From Acidobacteria bacterium SCN 69-37 (GTDB lineage Bacteria; Acidobacteriota; Vicinamibacteria; Vicinamibacterales; SCN-69-37), in NCBI GenBank assembly GCA_001724025.1, contig MEDJ01000009.1:41777-105776 (forward strand): 64,000 nt of DNA, written 5' to 3'. Both the position numbers and the translations under genes were made by a program. The notes below the pieces were generated by a model. It was not told the origin of the DNA, made no database searches, and saw only the letters and a list, made by a program, of their open reading frames with translations. How positions within the stretch are numbered: position 1 is the stretch's first letter; the number at the start of each line of letters is the position of its first letter. Below are positions 50,969-60,342 of this stretch, piece by piece.

Positions 50969-52561
50969 GTGCCCGAGCCACTGCGACGCGTCGCGCTCAC
51001 CGGGGGCATTGCCACGGGCAAGTCGGCCTGTCTCCGCCGATTCGCGGCCCTGGGTGCCCCGACCATCGACGCCGACGTGATCGCGCGCGACGTGGTCGCG
51101 CCCGGCACGCCGGCCCTCGGCGCCATCGTCGAGCGCTTCGGCGCGGCGGTCGCGCGGGCCGACGGCACGCTCGACCGCGCGCACCTGGCTCGCCTCGTCT
51201 TCGCCGACGCGGACGCCCGCGCCGATCTCGAACGGATCGTGCACCCGGCCGTGTATGCGGCCATCGCCACCTGGTTCGAGACGCGGCGCGACGAGGCCGC
51301 GCGCGGTGGTCCGCGCGTGGCCATCGCCGATATCCCACTCCTCTACGAAACCGGACGCGCCGGCGACTTCGACACCGTCATCGTGGCCGCGTGCCCGTCC
51401 GCGCTCCAGTTGACACGACTCATGGCCCGCGACGGTCTGTCCGAGATCGAGGCCCGCCGCCGCCTGGCCGCCCAGTGGCCCATCGACGACAAGCGCACCT
51501 GCGCCGACATCGTCATCGACACCTCGGGCACAATCGAGGAGACCGAGCGGCAGGTGGATGACGTGTGGAAAAAGCTGCACGAGCCGCCGCCTGTTACTCT
51601 TATCCGCATGTCTGCACGACGACTCGATGGCAGTGCGGTGGCGACGGCCATTCGCGGGGAGTTGGCGAACGATGTAGCGGCGGTCACCCGCGCGCTGGGA
51701 CGGCCGCCGGCGCTGTCGATCGTGCTCGTGGGCGACGATCCGGCATCACACGTCTACGTGCGCAACAAGGAACGCGCCGGGGCCGAGGCCGGGCTCGCAG
51801 TGACCGTCCACCGGCTGCCGGCCACCGCGTCACTCGACGAGGTACTGGCCCTCGTACAGCGGCTCAATGACGACGAGTTGTGTGACGGCATCCTGGTGCA
51901 GGCGCCGCTGCCGGCGGCCATGGGAAAAACGGCCGGCGAGCAGGTGTTCGACGCGATTGCCCCGGACAAGGACGTGGACGGATTCCACCCGATCAACGTC
52001 GGCCGGCTCGCGCAGGGACGCCCATCGATGCCGCCCTGCACGCCGACAGGCGTGATCGAACTGTTGCGGCGCGGGGGGATCGAGATCGCCGGCCGGGAGG
52101 CCGTGGTCCTCGGGCGCAGCGAGATTGTCGGCAAGCCGATGGCCTTGCTGCTGCTGCAGGCCAACGCGACGGTGACCATCTGTCATTCGCGGACCAGGGA
52201 CCTGGCGGCTGTCGTCTCGCGCGGCGACATTGTCGTGTCGGCGATCGGCCGGCCGGGCTTCGTCACCGCTGACATGGTCAAGCCCGGCGCCGTGGTGGTG
52301 GACGTGGGCACGACGCCGGTGTCGGATCGCGATCTGGTGGCGCGCCTGTTCGGGGCCGACAGCCCGCGACTCGCCACGATCGAGACCAGGGGCGCGACGG
52401 TGGTCGGCGACGTTCACCCCGGCGTCCTCGCCGTCGCCTCGGCCGTCTCCCCCGTGCCCGGCGGTGTCGGCCCGCTCACGATCGTGATGCTGCTGAAGAA
52501 CACGCTCGAAGCCGCGAGGAAGCGGACCGGACCGAAGTCAGAAGTACGAAGTCAGAAGTAA
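50969..52561 (+). CDS. In-frame dephospho-CoA kinase (CoaE) and methylene-THF dehydrogenase/cyclohydrolase (FolD) fusion ORF
   Basis: 530 aa. CoaE part: VALTGGIATGKSA (P-loop) … to ~WKKLHE. Linker: PPPVTLIR. FolD part from Met at 51608: MSARRLDGSAVA…VGDDPAS.VYVRNK…ILVQ.PLP…GRS.IVGKP…. I read no stop codon between the two parts. Confidence 0.8.
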   Translation: MPEPLRRVALTGGIATGKSACLRRFAALGAPTIDADVIARDVVAPGTPALGAIVERFGAAVARADGTLDRAHLARLVFADADARADLERIVHPAVYAAIATWFETRRDEAARGGPRVAIADIPLLYETGRAGDFDTVIVAACPSALQLTRLMARDGLSEIEARRRLAAQWPIDDKRTCADIVIDTSGTIEETERQVDDVWKKLHEPPPVTLIRMSARRLDGSAVATAIRGELANDVAAVTRALGRPPALSIVLVGDDPASHVYVRNKERAGAEAGLAVTVHRLPATASLDEVLALVQRLNDDELCDGILVQAPLPAAMGKTAGEQVFDAIAPDKDVDGFHPINVGRLAQGRPSMPPCTPTGVIELLRRGGIEIAGREAVVLGRSEIVGKPMALLLLQANATVTICHSRTRDLAAVVSRGDIVVSAIGRPGFVTADMVKPGAVVVDVGTTPVSDRDLVARLFGADSPRLATIETRGATVVGDVHPGVLAVASAVSPVPGGVGPLTIVMLLKNTLEAARKRTGPKSEVRSQK

Positions 52562-52658
52562 GAAGTCAGAAGTTCGGGGAAGTTCGAACTTCGAAGTTCT
52601 CACTTCGACCTTCGCGAGAATTCGAACTTCTGACTTCTTACTTCTGACTTCGTACTTC
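52541..52658. terminator. 36-bp perfect inverted repeat (52541-52576 / 52623-52658, 46-nt loop with an inner palindrome GAAGTTCGAACTTC) between convergent folD and thiE
   Basis: The arm is GAAGTACGAAGTCAGAAGTAAGAAGTCAGAAGTTCG, AT-rich relative to the surroundings and built from GAAGT(N)AGAAGT sub-repeats. Both convergent ORFs read into the arms (KSEVRSQK in both C-termini). Confidence 0.7.
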
Positions 52659-53292
52659 CGACCTGCCGCGCAGCGGCCAGAAACGCCCGGGCTCGCGGGC
52701 CGGCCTCGGCGTGCAGCACATCGCCAATCACGGCCATCGACGACGCACCGGCGGCGAGGACGTCGGAGACCCGGTCCAGGGTAATCCCGCCAATCGCGAC
52801 GACGGGCCGGCCGGCGGCGAGGGCGACGGCTTGGCGTACGCCCTCGAGTCCCACGACCGGATCGGGCTGCGCCTTCGAGCGCGTTTCGAACACCGGGCCG
52901 ATCGCGACGTAGTCGATCGGCATCGCGGCCGCGGCCTCCAGTTGCGCGGGCGTGTGCGTGGACCAGCCCACGAGCGCCGGTGCCGGCAGCAGGCGCCTGA
53001 CGGCTGCCGGCGGCAGGTCGTCCTGCCCCACGTGTACTCCGTCCGCGCCCGACAGCACCGCCACGTCCACGCGGTCGTTGACGATGAGCCTGGCGCCAGC
53101 AGCGCGCGTTGCCTGGCTGCACTGGTCGGCGAGCGCGAGCAGGTCGGCGGCGTCCAGCGACTTGGCGCGCAGTTGCACGAGCGTCACGCCCGCGTCGAGC
53201 CAGGCCGTGAGCACGTCGAGCGGCCGGAGCGCGCGGGCGCGGGCGACGTCAATATCGAGAATCGGATAGAACGCCGGCAGGACGAGCGACAC
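52600..53292 (-). CDS. thiE: Thiamine-phosphate synthase
   Basis: 230 aa: YPILD…LVQLR.K…LIVND…GVHVGQDD…DY.AIGPVF.T.SK…GL…PVVAIGGI. Confidence 0.85.
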   Translation of the reverse strand: MSLVLPAFYPILDIDVARARALRPLDVLTAWLDAGVTLVQLRAKSLDAADLLALADQCSQATRAAGARLIVNDRVDVAVLSGADGVHVGQDDLPPAAVRRLLPAPALVGWSTHTPAQLEAAAAMPIDYVAIGPVFETRSKAQPDPVVGLEGVRQAVALAAGRPVVAIGGITLDRVSDVLAAGASSMAVIGDVLHAEAGPRARAFLAAARQVGSTKSEVRSQKFEFSRRSK

Positions 53293-53299
53293 GGCTCGA

Positions 53300-54676
53300 T
53301 CAGGCGGTCTCGGCGAGCCGGCCGCCGGCCTTCTTCTTTTCCGGCATGTACCGCTCCATGAAGCTCGTATCGAACTTCCCGCCGATGAAGTCGGGATCGG
53401 CGAGCACCTTCAGGTGCAGCGGGATCGACGTCTTGATGCCCTCGACCACCGTCATCTCCAGCGTGCGGCGCATCCGGGCCAGCGCCTCGGTGCGGTCGCG
53501 GCCGTAGGTGATGATCTTCGCGATCAGCGAGTCGTAGTACGGCGTGACCGTGCAGTCCGAGTGCGCGAACGTGTCGACGCGCACGCCGGGGCCGCCGGGC
53601 ACGCTGAAGGCCTGAATCACGCCGGGGCTCGGCACGAACGTCACCGGGTCCTCCGCGTTGATCCGACACTCTATCGCGTGGCCGCGGACCTCGATGTCGC
53701 TCTGCTTCATCGACAGACGTCGTCCGGCCGCCACCAGGATCTGCTCCTTGACGATGTCGACGCCGGTGATGAATTCGGTGACGGGGTGCTCGACCTGCAG
53801 GCGGGTGTTGGCTTCGAGGAAGTAGAAGTGCCCGGACGGGTCCATCAGGAACTCGAACGTGCCGGCGTTCGCGTACTGGACCGCCTTGGCGGCATCGACC
53901 ACCGTCGCGCCCAGCTTGCGGCGCTGCTTCTCGGTCAGCGCGACCGACGGCGCCTCCTCGATCAGCTTCTGGTGCCGCCGCTGGATCGAGCACTCGCGCT
54001 CGCCGAGGTGCACGACGTTGCCGTGGTGATCGCCGAGCACCTGGATCTCGATGTGCCGCGGCTGCTCGACGTACTTCTCGAGGTAGACGTCGCCGACGCC
54101 GAAGGCGGCCTCGGCCTCGCGCATCGCGGTCTTGAACGCCTTCGGCAGTTCGTCGGCGCTCCGGACCACGCGCATCCCGCGTCCGCCGCCGCCGGCCACG
54201 GCCTTGATGATGACCGGATAGCCGAGATCCTTCGCGATCGTGATCGCCTGGTCTTCCCCCGACACCGGCCCGTCGCTGCCTGGCAGAACCGGGACGCCGG
54301 CCTTCTTCATGGCGCGGCGCGCGCGCGCCTTGTCGCCCATCAGCCGGATGACGTTCGGGTACGGCCCGATGAACTTGATGTGGCACGCCTCGCACACTTC
54401 CGCGAGGTACGCACTCTCGGAGAGAAACCCGTAGCCGGGGTGAATGGCATCGGCGCCCGTGATCTCCGCGGCGCTGATGATGGCCGGGACGTTCAGGTAG
54501 CTGTCGAGGCTCCGGGCCGGACCGATGCAGACGTCCTCGTCGGCGAACCGGACGTGCAGCGAATTCTCGTCGGCCTCGGAGTACACGGCCACGGTCTTGA
54601 TGCCGAGTTCGCGACACGCGCAGATGATGCGCAGCGCGATCTCCCCGCGATTGGCGATTAACACCTTGTTGAACAT
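53300..54676 (-). CDS. accC: Acetyl-CoA carboxylase biotin carboxylase subunit (ATG 54676 preferred over TTG 54691)
   Basis: [36 protein letters not shown]…[10 protein letters not shown]…. Confidence 0.95.
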   Translation of the reverse strand: MFNKVLIANRGEIALRIICACRELGIKTVAVYSEADENSLHVRFADEDVCIGPARSLDSYLNVPAIISAAEITGADAIHPGYGFLSESAYLAEVCEACHIKFIGPYPNVIRLMGDKARARRAMKKAGVPVLPGSDGPVSGEDQAITIAKDLGYPVIIKAVAGGGGRGMRVVRSADELPKAFKTAMREAEAAFGVGDVYLEKYVEQPRHIEIQVLGDHHGNVVHLGERECSIQRRHQKLIEEAPSVALTEKQRRKLGATVVDAAKAVQYANAGTFEFLMDPSGHFYFLEANTRLQVEHPVTEFITGVDIVKEQILVAAGRRLSMKQSDIEVRGHAIECRINAEDPVTFVPSPGVIQAFSVPGGPGVRVDTFAHSDCTVTPYYDSLIAKIITYGRDRTEALARMRRTLEMTVVEGIKTSIPLHLKVLADPDFIGGKFDTSFMERYMPEKKKAGGRLAETA

Positions 54677-54718
54677 GCGGATCTCGCTCAAGCCGGCCGC
54701 GAGGCGGCCGGCAGGTCG

Positions 54719-55198
54719 TCAGCCGACCTTGATCGCAAACAGCCGATCGCCGAACTGGACCGGCTTGCCGTTTTCGACGTAGACCGCGGCGACCTCGCCG
54801 TCGCAATCGCTCTCGATCTCGTTCATCAGCTTCATCGCTTCGATGATGCAGAGCACCTGGCCCTTGCTGACCATGTCGCCCACCTTCACGAACGCGGCAG
54901 CCGTCGGTTCGGGCGACCGATAGAACGTGCCGACGATCGGCGACTTGATGACGGCGAGATTGACGGAATCGCCCTCATCGGCCGGGGCCGGCCCCGGGGT
55001 GCCTGGCAGAGGACCGGGCGCGGTCGACGCCGGGACCGGGGCAAGGCCCGGTGCGGCGGGGGGCGGGGCCGCGACATACGCGACCTCATGGCCGGCCTTG
55101 CGGATACGTACCTTCAACCCGTCGCGTTCGAGTTCGAATTCCGCCAGCTCGTGTTCGCGAACGAGGTCGAGGATCTGCTTGATATCGTCGAGATTCAT
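54719..55198 (-). CDS. accB: Biotin carboxyl carrier protein
   Basis: 159 aa with a Pro/Ala linker and the biotinylation motif CIIEAMKLMNEIE. Confidence 0.9.
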   Translation of the reverse strand: MNLDDIKQILDLVREHELAEFELERDGLKVRIRKAGHEVAYVAAPPPAAPGLAPVPASTAPGPLPGTPGPAPADEGDSVNLAVIKSPIVGTFYRSPEPTAAAFVKVGDMVSKGQVLCIIEAMKLMNEIESDCDGEVAAVYVENGKPVQFGDRLFAIKVG

Positions 55199-55202
55199 AG
55201 GA

Positions 55203-56318
55203 TCAGACAGTGATCAGCTCCCGGGGCGCCGTGGTCAGCAGTTCCGCGCCGGTTTCCGTGACAAGCACGTCATCTTCCACACGGACACCCCCGACGTGTT
55301 CGACGTATGCCCCGGGTTCGATGGTGAAGACCATGCCCGGCGTGAACACGGATGGAGCGTCTGGGTCGATACGCCCGATGCGGGGGGCCTCGTGGATCTC
55401 GAGGCCCAGGCCATGGCCCGTCGAGTGCACGAACGCGTCACCCAGGTTCCGGGCCTCGAGTGCCGCTCGAGCCGCCCGGTCGACCTTCCACGTTTCGAGC
55501 CCCGGTCGGACCGTCGCGACAGCGGCCGCGTGCGCCGCCAGTACCCCGTCGACGAGCGCCTGAGCCGCAGATCCGATCGCCCCGACCGCGGCCATCCGCG
55601 TGAGGTCGACGCAGTATCCGTCTAATACCCCGCCAAAGTCCAGCACGACGAGGTCGCCGGCGGCCAGCCGACGGTCGCCCGGCCTGGCGTGCGGGTGGGC
55701 ACTGTGGGGGCCCGATGCCACGATCGTCTCGAACGCGGGACGACTGAATCCCGCATCCCGCATCGCCCGATCGATGGCATCGGCGACCTCGCGCTCGGCG
55801 ACGTCGGCGCGCACGATCGTGCCCAGCCGCGCGGCCACCTCGCTGACGCGTTGGCCCCCGCGCCGCAGGATGTCGAGTTCGTGCGCGTCCTTGACCTCGC
55901 GGTGGCGCTCCACCACCCCATCGGTCTCCACCCACTCGGACGCGGAGGCCGCCCGTTTCCAGGCACGGAGCGTGGCCACCGTGACCTGCGCGGCCTCGAA
56001 GCCGACCCGACGCGGCGCGAGCCACGTGATCGTCTGCCCCAGCGCCTGGTCGTACCGGCCATCGACCCGGCTGACCATCACCGGTGCCATGCGCCCGGCC
56101 TCGACGGTCTGACGCGCGACGAGCTCGTACCGGCCATCGAGCAGCAGGCGGGTCTCGTCACGCGTGATCAGCAGCAGCCCGGCCGACCCGGAGAATCCTG
56201 TGAGATAGAAGATGTTGGTGCCGCTCGAAATCACGAGGGCGCCAAGGGCCTGCGCCTCGAGTTCGGCCTGCACACGCCGCAGACGCCCGGTCCAGTCCGG
56301 GCCCGACGAGGGGTCCAT
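55203..56318 (-). CDS. Xaa-Pro aminopeptidase / M24 family peptidase
   Basis: ORF trimmed to ATG 56316-56318, giving 371 aa: …GDLVVLDFGGVLDGYCVDLTR…HSTGHGLGLEIHE.P…GMVFTIEPG.Y…GGVRVED. Confidence 0.85.
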   Translation of the reverse strand: MDPSSGPDWTGRLRRVQAELEAQALGALVISSGTNIFYLTGFSGSAGLLLITRDETRLLLDGRYELVARQTVEAGRMAPVMVSRVDGRYDQALGQTITWLAPRRVGFEAAQVTVATLRAWKRAASASEWVETDGVVERHREVKDAHELDILRRGGQRVSEVAARLGTIVRADVAEREVADAIDRAMRDAGFSRPAFETIVASGPHSAHPHARPGDRRLAAGDLVVLDFGGVLDGYCVDLTRMAAVGAIGSAAQALVDGVLAAHAAAVATVRPGLETWKVDRAARAALEARNLGDAFVHSTGHGLGLEIHEAPRIGRIDPDAPSVFTPGMVFTIEPGAYVEHVGGVRVEDDVLVTETGAELLTTAPRELITV

Positions 56319-56325
56319 GGCCGGA

Positions 56326-58596
56326 TTAGGCCACAGGTTCGCCGCGCAGTGCCAGTTGACGCGCCTGGACCTGCCGCAGGAAGCGCTCGAGCGCCGCAAC
56401 CGTCGCGCGCGTCGACGTCGCCCCGGAGACCGGCGAGACGGCCTGCACCGTCCCCTGCTCGAGCGGCGGCGCCCCGGACACGACGTCCGCTGCCCCAAGT
56501 GCCAGCTCGACGGCCGGCAACGCATCGATCAGGCCGAAGACCGGGACGTCGTAGACCGCGCGCGGCGTGGGCACATCGAGATCCGCATCCGCCGACAGCG
56601 CCGGCGTTTCGGTCAGGGCCGCGATCGGCAGGTCATCCATTGCCGCGTCAGGCTCGCCCGCGACCTCCGGCTCGGACTCGGCCGCACACTCGTCGTCGAC
56701 AGGCACCACGCTGATGTCCGCCGCGTTCGCGTCGGCGTCATCGTGCAGGTCCAGTTCGTCCAGTTCCAGTTCGTCGGGCAGATCGAGGACCGCCGCGGCC
56801 TCGCCCGCGTCCTCCTCGAGTTCGACGGCCTCGACGATCTCGTCGATCTCGACGGCCTCGACGAACGATTCGGACAGTTCGGGCTCCAGTTCCGCTTCGA
56901 CAGCCGCTGTCGTGGCGGCCTCGTCGGTCTCACGCTCGACGATCGCTGGCAGCACATCGATGCCGAGGGGCTCGGACACCGCCTCGTCGATCGCGTCGAT
57001 TGCCGCGTCCGTCTCCGACGCGACATCGAATCCAGGCATCGCGGCAAACAGATCCGGCTCGGCGATGTCGGACTCCCCCGCCGGGTCGCCCAGTCCGGTC
57101 ACTTCGTCGGTGGCCTCGTCGGGTCCGAACGTCACGTCCGACAGGTCGGGTGCGACGAGTTCGAACGCCGCGTCAGCGCCGGCGTCGGTCGTCGCTGACG
57201 CCTCGTCGGCGTCGAGGGCCTCGTCGACCGGTGTCACGAGATCGAATGCCGCGAGTTCGTCCGGCGCCGCCGGTTCGTACTGCTGGACGGGTGGGGCCAG
57301 CCGGGCCTCGACTCGGCGGGCCGCGGCCTCGAGCGCACGAATCGCCTCGGCCAGGTCCTCGCCGGCCTGCGCATCGATATCCTCGAGCGCTTCGGGCGTC
57401 TCGAATCCGGAGAGCGCCTCGCCGTGCTCGTCGAGCATCGTGATGGCCGACGACTCATCGAAATCCGCCACGGCCTCGAACGCGATCGTGACGTCGGCTT
57501 CGGCAGCCGCGTCGACGTCCACGCCGGGTGCGTCGACCTCGATCATCGCCAGCGTCTCGTTCACCGTCGCGTCATCGGTCACCTCGCCCGCGTCTGCCGC
57601 GGAGGTCAACTGAGGCTCGATGGCGGCCGGCGCGTTCCCCTCGACGAACGCCGTCAACCCGGCCCAGTCGAGATCCTGATCGAGCGTGGCCTCCGATGTC
57701 GTTGGTCCCGCGTGCTGTTGCGCCGCGTCGTCTGGCGCCGTCGCCCAGGCGAGCATGCCCGCGTCTGGCCCCACGAGATCGAGCGGCGTCTCGTCGACCG
57801 TCGCGTCGTCGGACCCGGCTGTCGCCAGCGTCATCAACGCGTCGAGCTCGAGATCGCCGGTCTCGAACGGCGCGTCCTGGACGTGCGCCAGCGCCGCGGC
57901 CACCGGGGATTCGAGTTCGATGGCGGCGGGTGCCGGCGATGCCACCTCGAACGGGACGGGCGAGATCGCGTCGAGAGTCGCCGCCGCCTCCTCGGTTTCG
58001 AGCGACTCCGTCGGCCCCACCACGAAGAACGGCGTCGGCTCCTGCGCCGGGTCGACGGCCGCCATACTGGCCGCCGCCGGCGCTTCCAGTTCGATCGGGG
58101 TGATCTCGATGTCCGCCGGATGGAGGCTCGTCCCGGCAGCCGCAACCGCCACGTGCTCGGCCTCGGCGGCGGTGTGCACGATCTCCGGTGCTGCTTCGAC
58201 GAGCGGCGTCGGAACCTCGACGACGGCGTCCGCCGGTGCCGTCGCGGGCGCGACGACGTCCTCGGTTCGCCAGGACGCATCATCGGCGGGCAGCGCGCCC
58301 TCGGTCCTGTCGTGTAACTCGGCCAGGCCGCGGATGGCCGCGAGGTTGTCGGGCGCCTTGCGGAGCACGTACTCGAGTTCGGAGCGCGCCGCGTCGTACT
58401 GCCCCTTGTCGAGCAGCGCCCAGCCCAGCGTGACCCTGGCCGACAACTGATCGGGGAAGCGCTTCAGGCCATCACGACAGAGCGCGATGGCCCGGTCGAG
58501 ATCCCCGGCCCGGCGGAACCGCTCTGCGATGCCGCCGAACGCCGGGGTTTCTTCGGCCGGCACCTGCCGGTGACGATTGAGGAGGATTCCCGCCAT
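56326..58596 (-). CDS. N-terminal TPR protein with a ~600-aa extremely acidic, Ala/Asp/Glu/Thr/Pro-rich low-complexity region
   Basis: 756 aa. It has TPR-like repeats in the first ~110 aa (…RAGDLDRAIALCRDGLKRFPDQLSARVTLGWALLDKGQYDAARSELEYVLRKAPDN…). Almost no basic residues follow until the last ~35 aa. Confidence 0.7.
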   Translation of the reverse strand: MAGILLNRHRQVPAEETPAFGGIAERFRRAGDLDRAIALCRDGLKRFPDQLSARVTLGWALLDKGQYDAARSELEYVLRKAPDNLAAIRGLAELHDRTEGALPADDASWRTEDVVAPATAPADAVVEVPTPLVEAAPEIVHTAAEAEHVAVAAAGTSLHPADIEITPIELEAPAAASMAAVDPAQEPTPFFVVGPTESLETEEAAATLDAISPVPFEVASPAPAAIELESPVAAALAHVQDAPFETGDLELDALMTLATAGSDDATVDETPLDLVGPDAGMLAWATAPDDAAQQHAGPTTSEATLDQDLDWAGLTAFVEGNAPAAIEPQLTSAADAGEVTDDATVNETLAMIEVDAPGVDVDAAAEADVTIAFEAVADFDESSAITMLDEHGEALSGFETPEALEDIDAQAGEDLAEAIRALEAAARRVEARLAPPVQQYEPAAPDELAAFDLVTPVDEALDADEASATTDAGADAAFELVAPDLSDVTFGPDEATDEVTGLGDPAGESDIAEPDLFAAMPGFDVASETDAAIDAIDEAVSEPLGIDVLPAIVERETDEAATTAAVEAELEPELSESFVEAVEIDEIVEAVELEEDAGEAAAVLDLPDELELDELDLHDDADANAADISVVPVDDECAAESEPEVAGEPDAAMDDLPIAALTETPALSADADLDVPTPRAVYDVPVFGLIDALPAVELALGAADVVSGAPPLEQGTVQAVSPVSGATSTRATVAALERFLRQVQARQLALRGEPVA

Positions 58597-58624
58597 GAAC
58601 GTGTCGTACCCGTCGTGTCCGTGC

Positions 58625-59641
58625 CTACGGGGTCACCGTCGTCACGGTCACGTTCTGTGTCGCCACTCCCACACGCCCCACGTCGTCTTTCACCCGGAGC
58701 GTGACAATGTAGGTCTGGACCGTCCCGTAGCGGTGCTGGGCCAGCGGGCTCGAGCCCGAGACGATCGGGCTGCCATCACCGAAGTCGAACGTGTACTCGA
58801 CAATCTGGTGTCCGGCCGCGGCCTTCGACGCACTCGCGTTGAAGTTCACGACATCCAGGTGAATCCGCGGCGACGACGGCGAGGCGACGAACGAGGCGAC
58901 CGGGTCGGTCAACGCCGCCACCGTGACGGATTTCGAGACCGACGTGCTGCGCCCCAGCGTGTCGGTGACCGTCAGCGTCACGAGGTACTGGCCGACGAGC
59001 CCGTAATGATGACGTGTCGTCGGGCTGGCCGACGTGCTGCTCCGGCCGTCGCCGAAGGCCCACGTGTAGGACGCGATTCCCGCATCGGCCGACGATGCCG
59101 ACGCATCGAAGAACACATCGTCATCCTCGCGCGGCGACGCGGGCGAAACCGAAAACTCCGCGCGCGGTCCCTGGCCGGGCGGAATGATCACGCCCGGACG
59201 CGCCAGGCGCAGTTCGGCCTGCCGCGAGATGGTGCCCGCATAGTTCCCACCGACAGGTGTGGCGACGATCGTCACGACCGTATCGGCGGCCTGCGTCGGT
59301 GGCGGAGCCGCCGGCGCCCTGTAGGTGAGACGCGCTTCACCGCTTGCCGTGTCGATGTTGACGACCTTCGTCGACAGCACGCCGAAATCGACGGGCGTGC
59401 CGCCAACGTAGGTCTCGACGCGGACCGTGAGTGGATCGCGCCGCGGCTGCCCGTTGGCGTCCTTCGCGCGCACGGTGACCGTGGCCACCGACGCACCGTC
59501 CTGCGTGATGATGTCCGGGGTCACCTCGACCGCCAGCGACAGGCCCAGTTCCGACGGCCCGGCCAGCGGCGGTGCGGTCTGCTTGTCGAGTGAACAGGCC
59601 GCCAGGCTCAGTACGGCGACCAGCGCGACCAGGTGTCTCAT
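58625..59641 (-). CDS. Lipoprotein with two PKD domains
   Basis: ORF trimmed to ATG 59639-59641 with the lipobox LSLAAC. PKD signatures: FDASASSADAGIASYTWAFGDG…HHYGLVGQYLVTLTVTD and FNASASKAA…YTFDFGDGS…HRYGTVQTYIVTLRVKD. Confidence 0.8.
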   Translation of the reverse strand: MRHLVALVAVLSLAACSLDKQTAPPLAGPSELGLSLAVEVTPDIITQDGASVATVTVRAKDANGQPRRDPLTVRVETYVGGTPVDFGVLSTKVVNIDTASGEARLTYRAPAAPPPTQAADTVVTIVATPVGGNYAGTISRQAELRLARPGVIIPPGQGPRAEFSVSPASPREDDDVFFDASASSADAGIASYTWAFGDGRSSTSASPTTRHHYGLVGQYLVTLTVTDTLGRSTSVSKSVTVAALTDPVASFVASPSSPRIHLDVVNFNASASKAAAGHQIVEYTFDFGDGSPIVSGSSPLAQHRYGTVQTYIVTLRVKDDVGRVGVATQNVTVTTVTP

Positions 59642-59701
59642 CCCCACGGGTGTGCTCCCCTTCAACGGTGCAAATCGAAACGTCTTCACCTTGGCCTCCG
59701 G

Positions 59702-60340
59702 TCAGTCGGGATCGCCCCAGTCGGCGAAGGTGACCGAGATGCGGCCCGTGGCCGACACCTCGTGGCCGGCCTGGTCGGCGCCGTAGAACGTGACCTCGGC
59801 CAGGGTGGAAATGGCCAGTGCGCCGCCGCCGCCCACGAGCGGCCGCAGTGGATTCTCGAGCTTCGACTGGAGACGCACGAGCGTCAGGCCCACCGTCGTC
59901 GGCTCATCGGTGATGGTCGCCGTGATGGCGCCATCGAACGGATACGGCACGTCGACGCCCGGCGTGTTGCGGCCGTCGGTCCGGATGTAGGTCACGCGGT
60001 ACCTGTTGAACGTGACGAGATTCGTGGTCGTGGGCGCGGCGCCTACCGGATCCTTCATCGCCAGCAGGAGGACCGCGCGGCCGGGATCCTCGTAGATGGT
60101 GGGCGACTTGACCTGCTGGCCGTTGACCGTGGCGTCGACGAGCGTCTGCACGTCCGAGGCCAGGGTGGTGCCGAACGCATCGGGTTTCGCCCCCGAGGCG
60201 CCCTGCAGGCTCTGGATGATCACGTAGGACGACCCGTTCCCGGGCAGGTTGGCCCCGCAGCCCGACAACGGCAGCAACAGGGCGCCGAGCGCCAGGGCCG
60301 GCACGGACGACGACAGACGACGGAGGGCAAGCGATCTCAT
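59702..60340 (-). CDS. Lipoprotein of unknown function, 2 nt downstream of pilQ
   Basis: ORF trimmed to ATG 60338-60340, giving 212 aa with the lipobox LLPLSGC and a beta-rich body. Confidence 0.65.
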   Translation of the reverse strand: MRSLALRRLSSSVPALALGALLLPLSGCGANLPGNGSSYVIIQSLQGASGAKPDAFGTTLASDVQTLVDATVNGQQVKSPTIYEDPGRAVLLLAMKDPVGAAPTTTNLVTFNRYRVTYIRTDGRNTPGVDVPYPFDGAITATITDEPTTVGLTLVRLQSKLENPLRPLVGGGGALAISTLAEVTFYGADQAGHEVSATGRISVTFADWGDPD

Positions 60341-60342
60341 GA

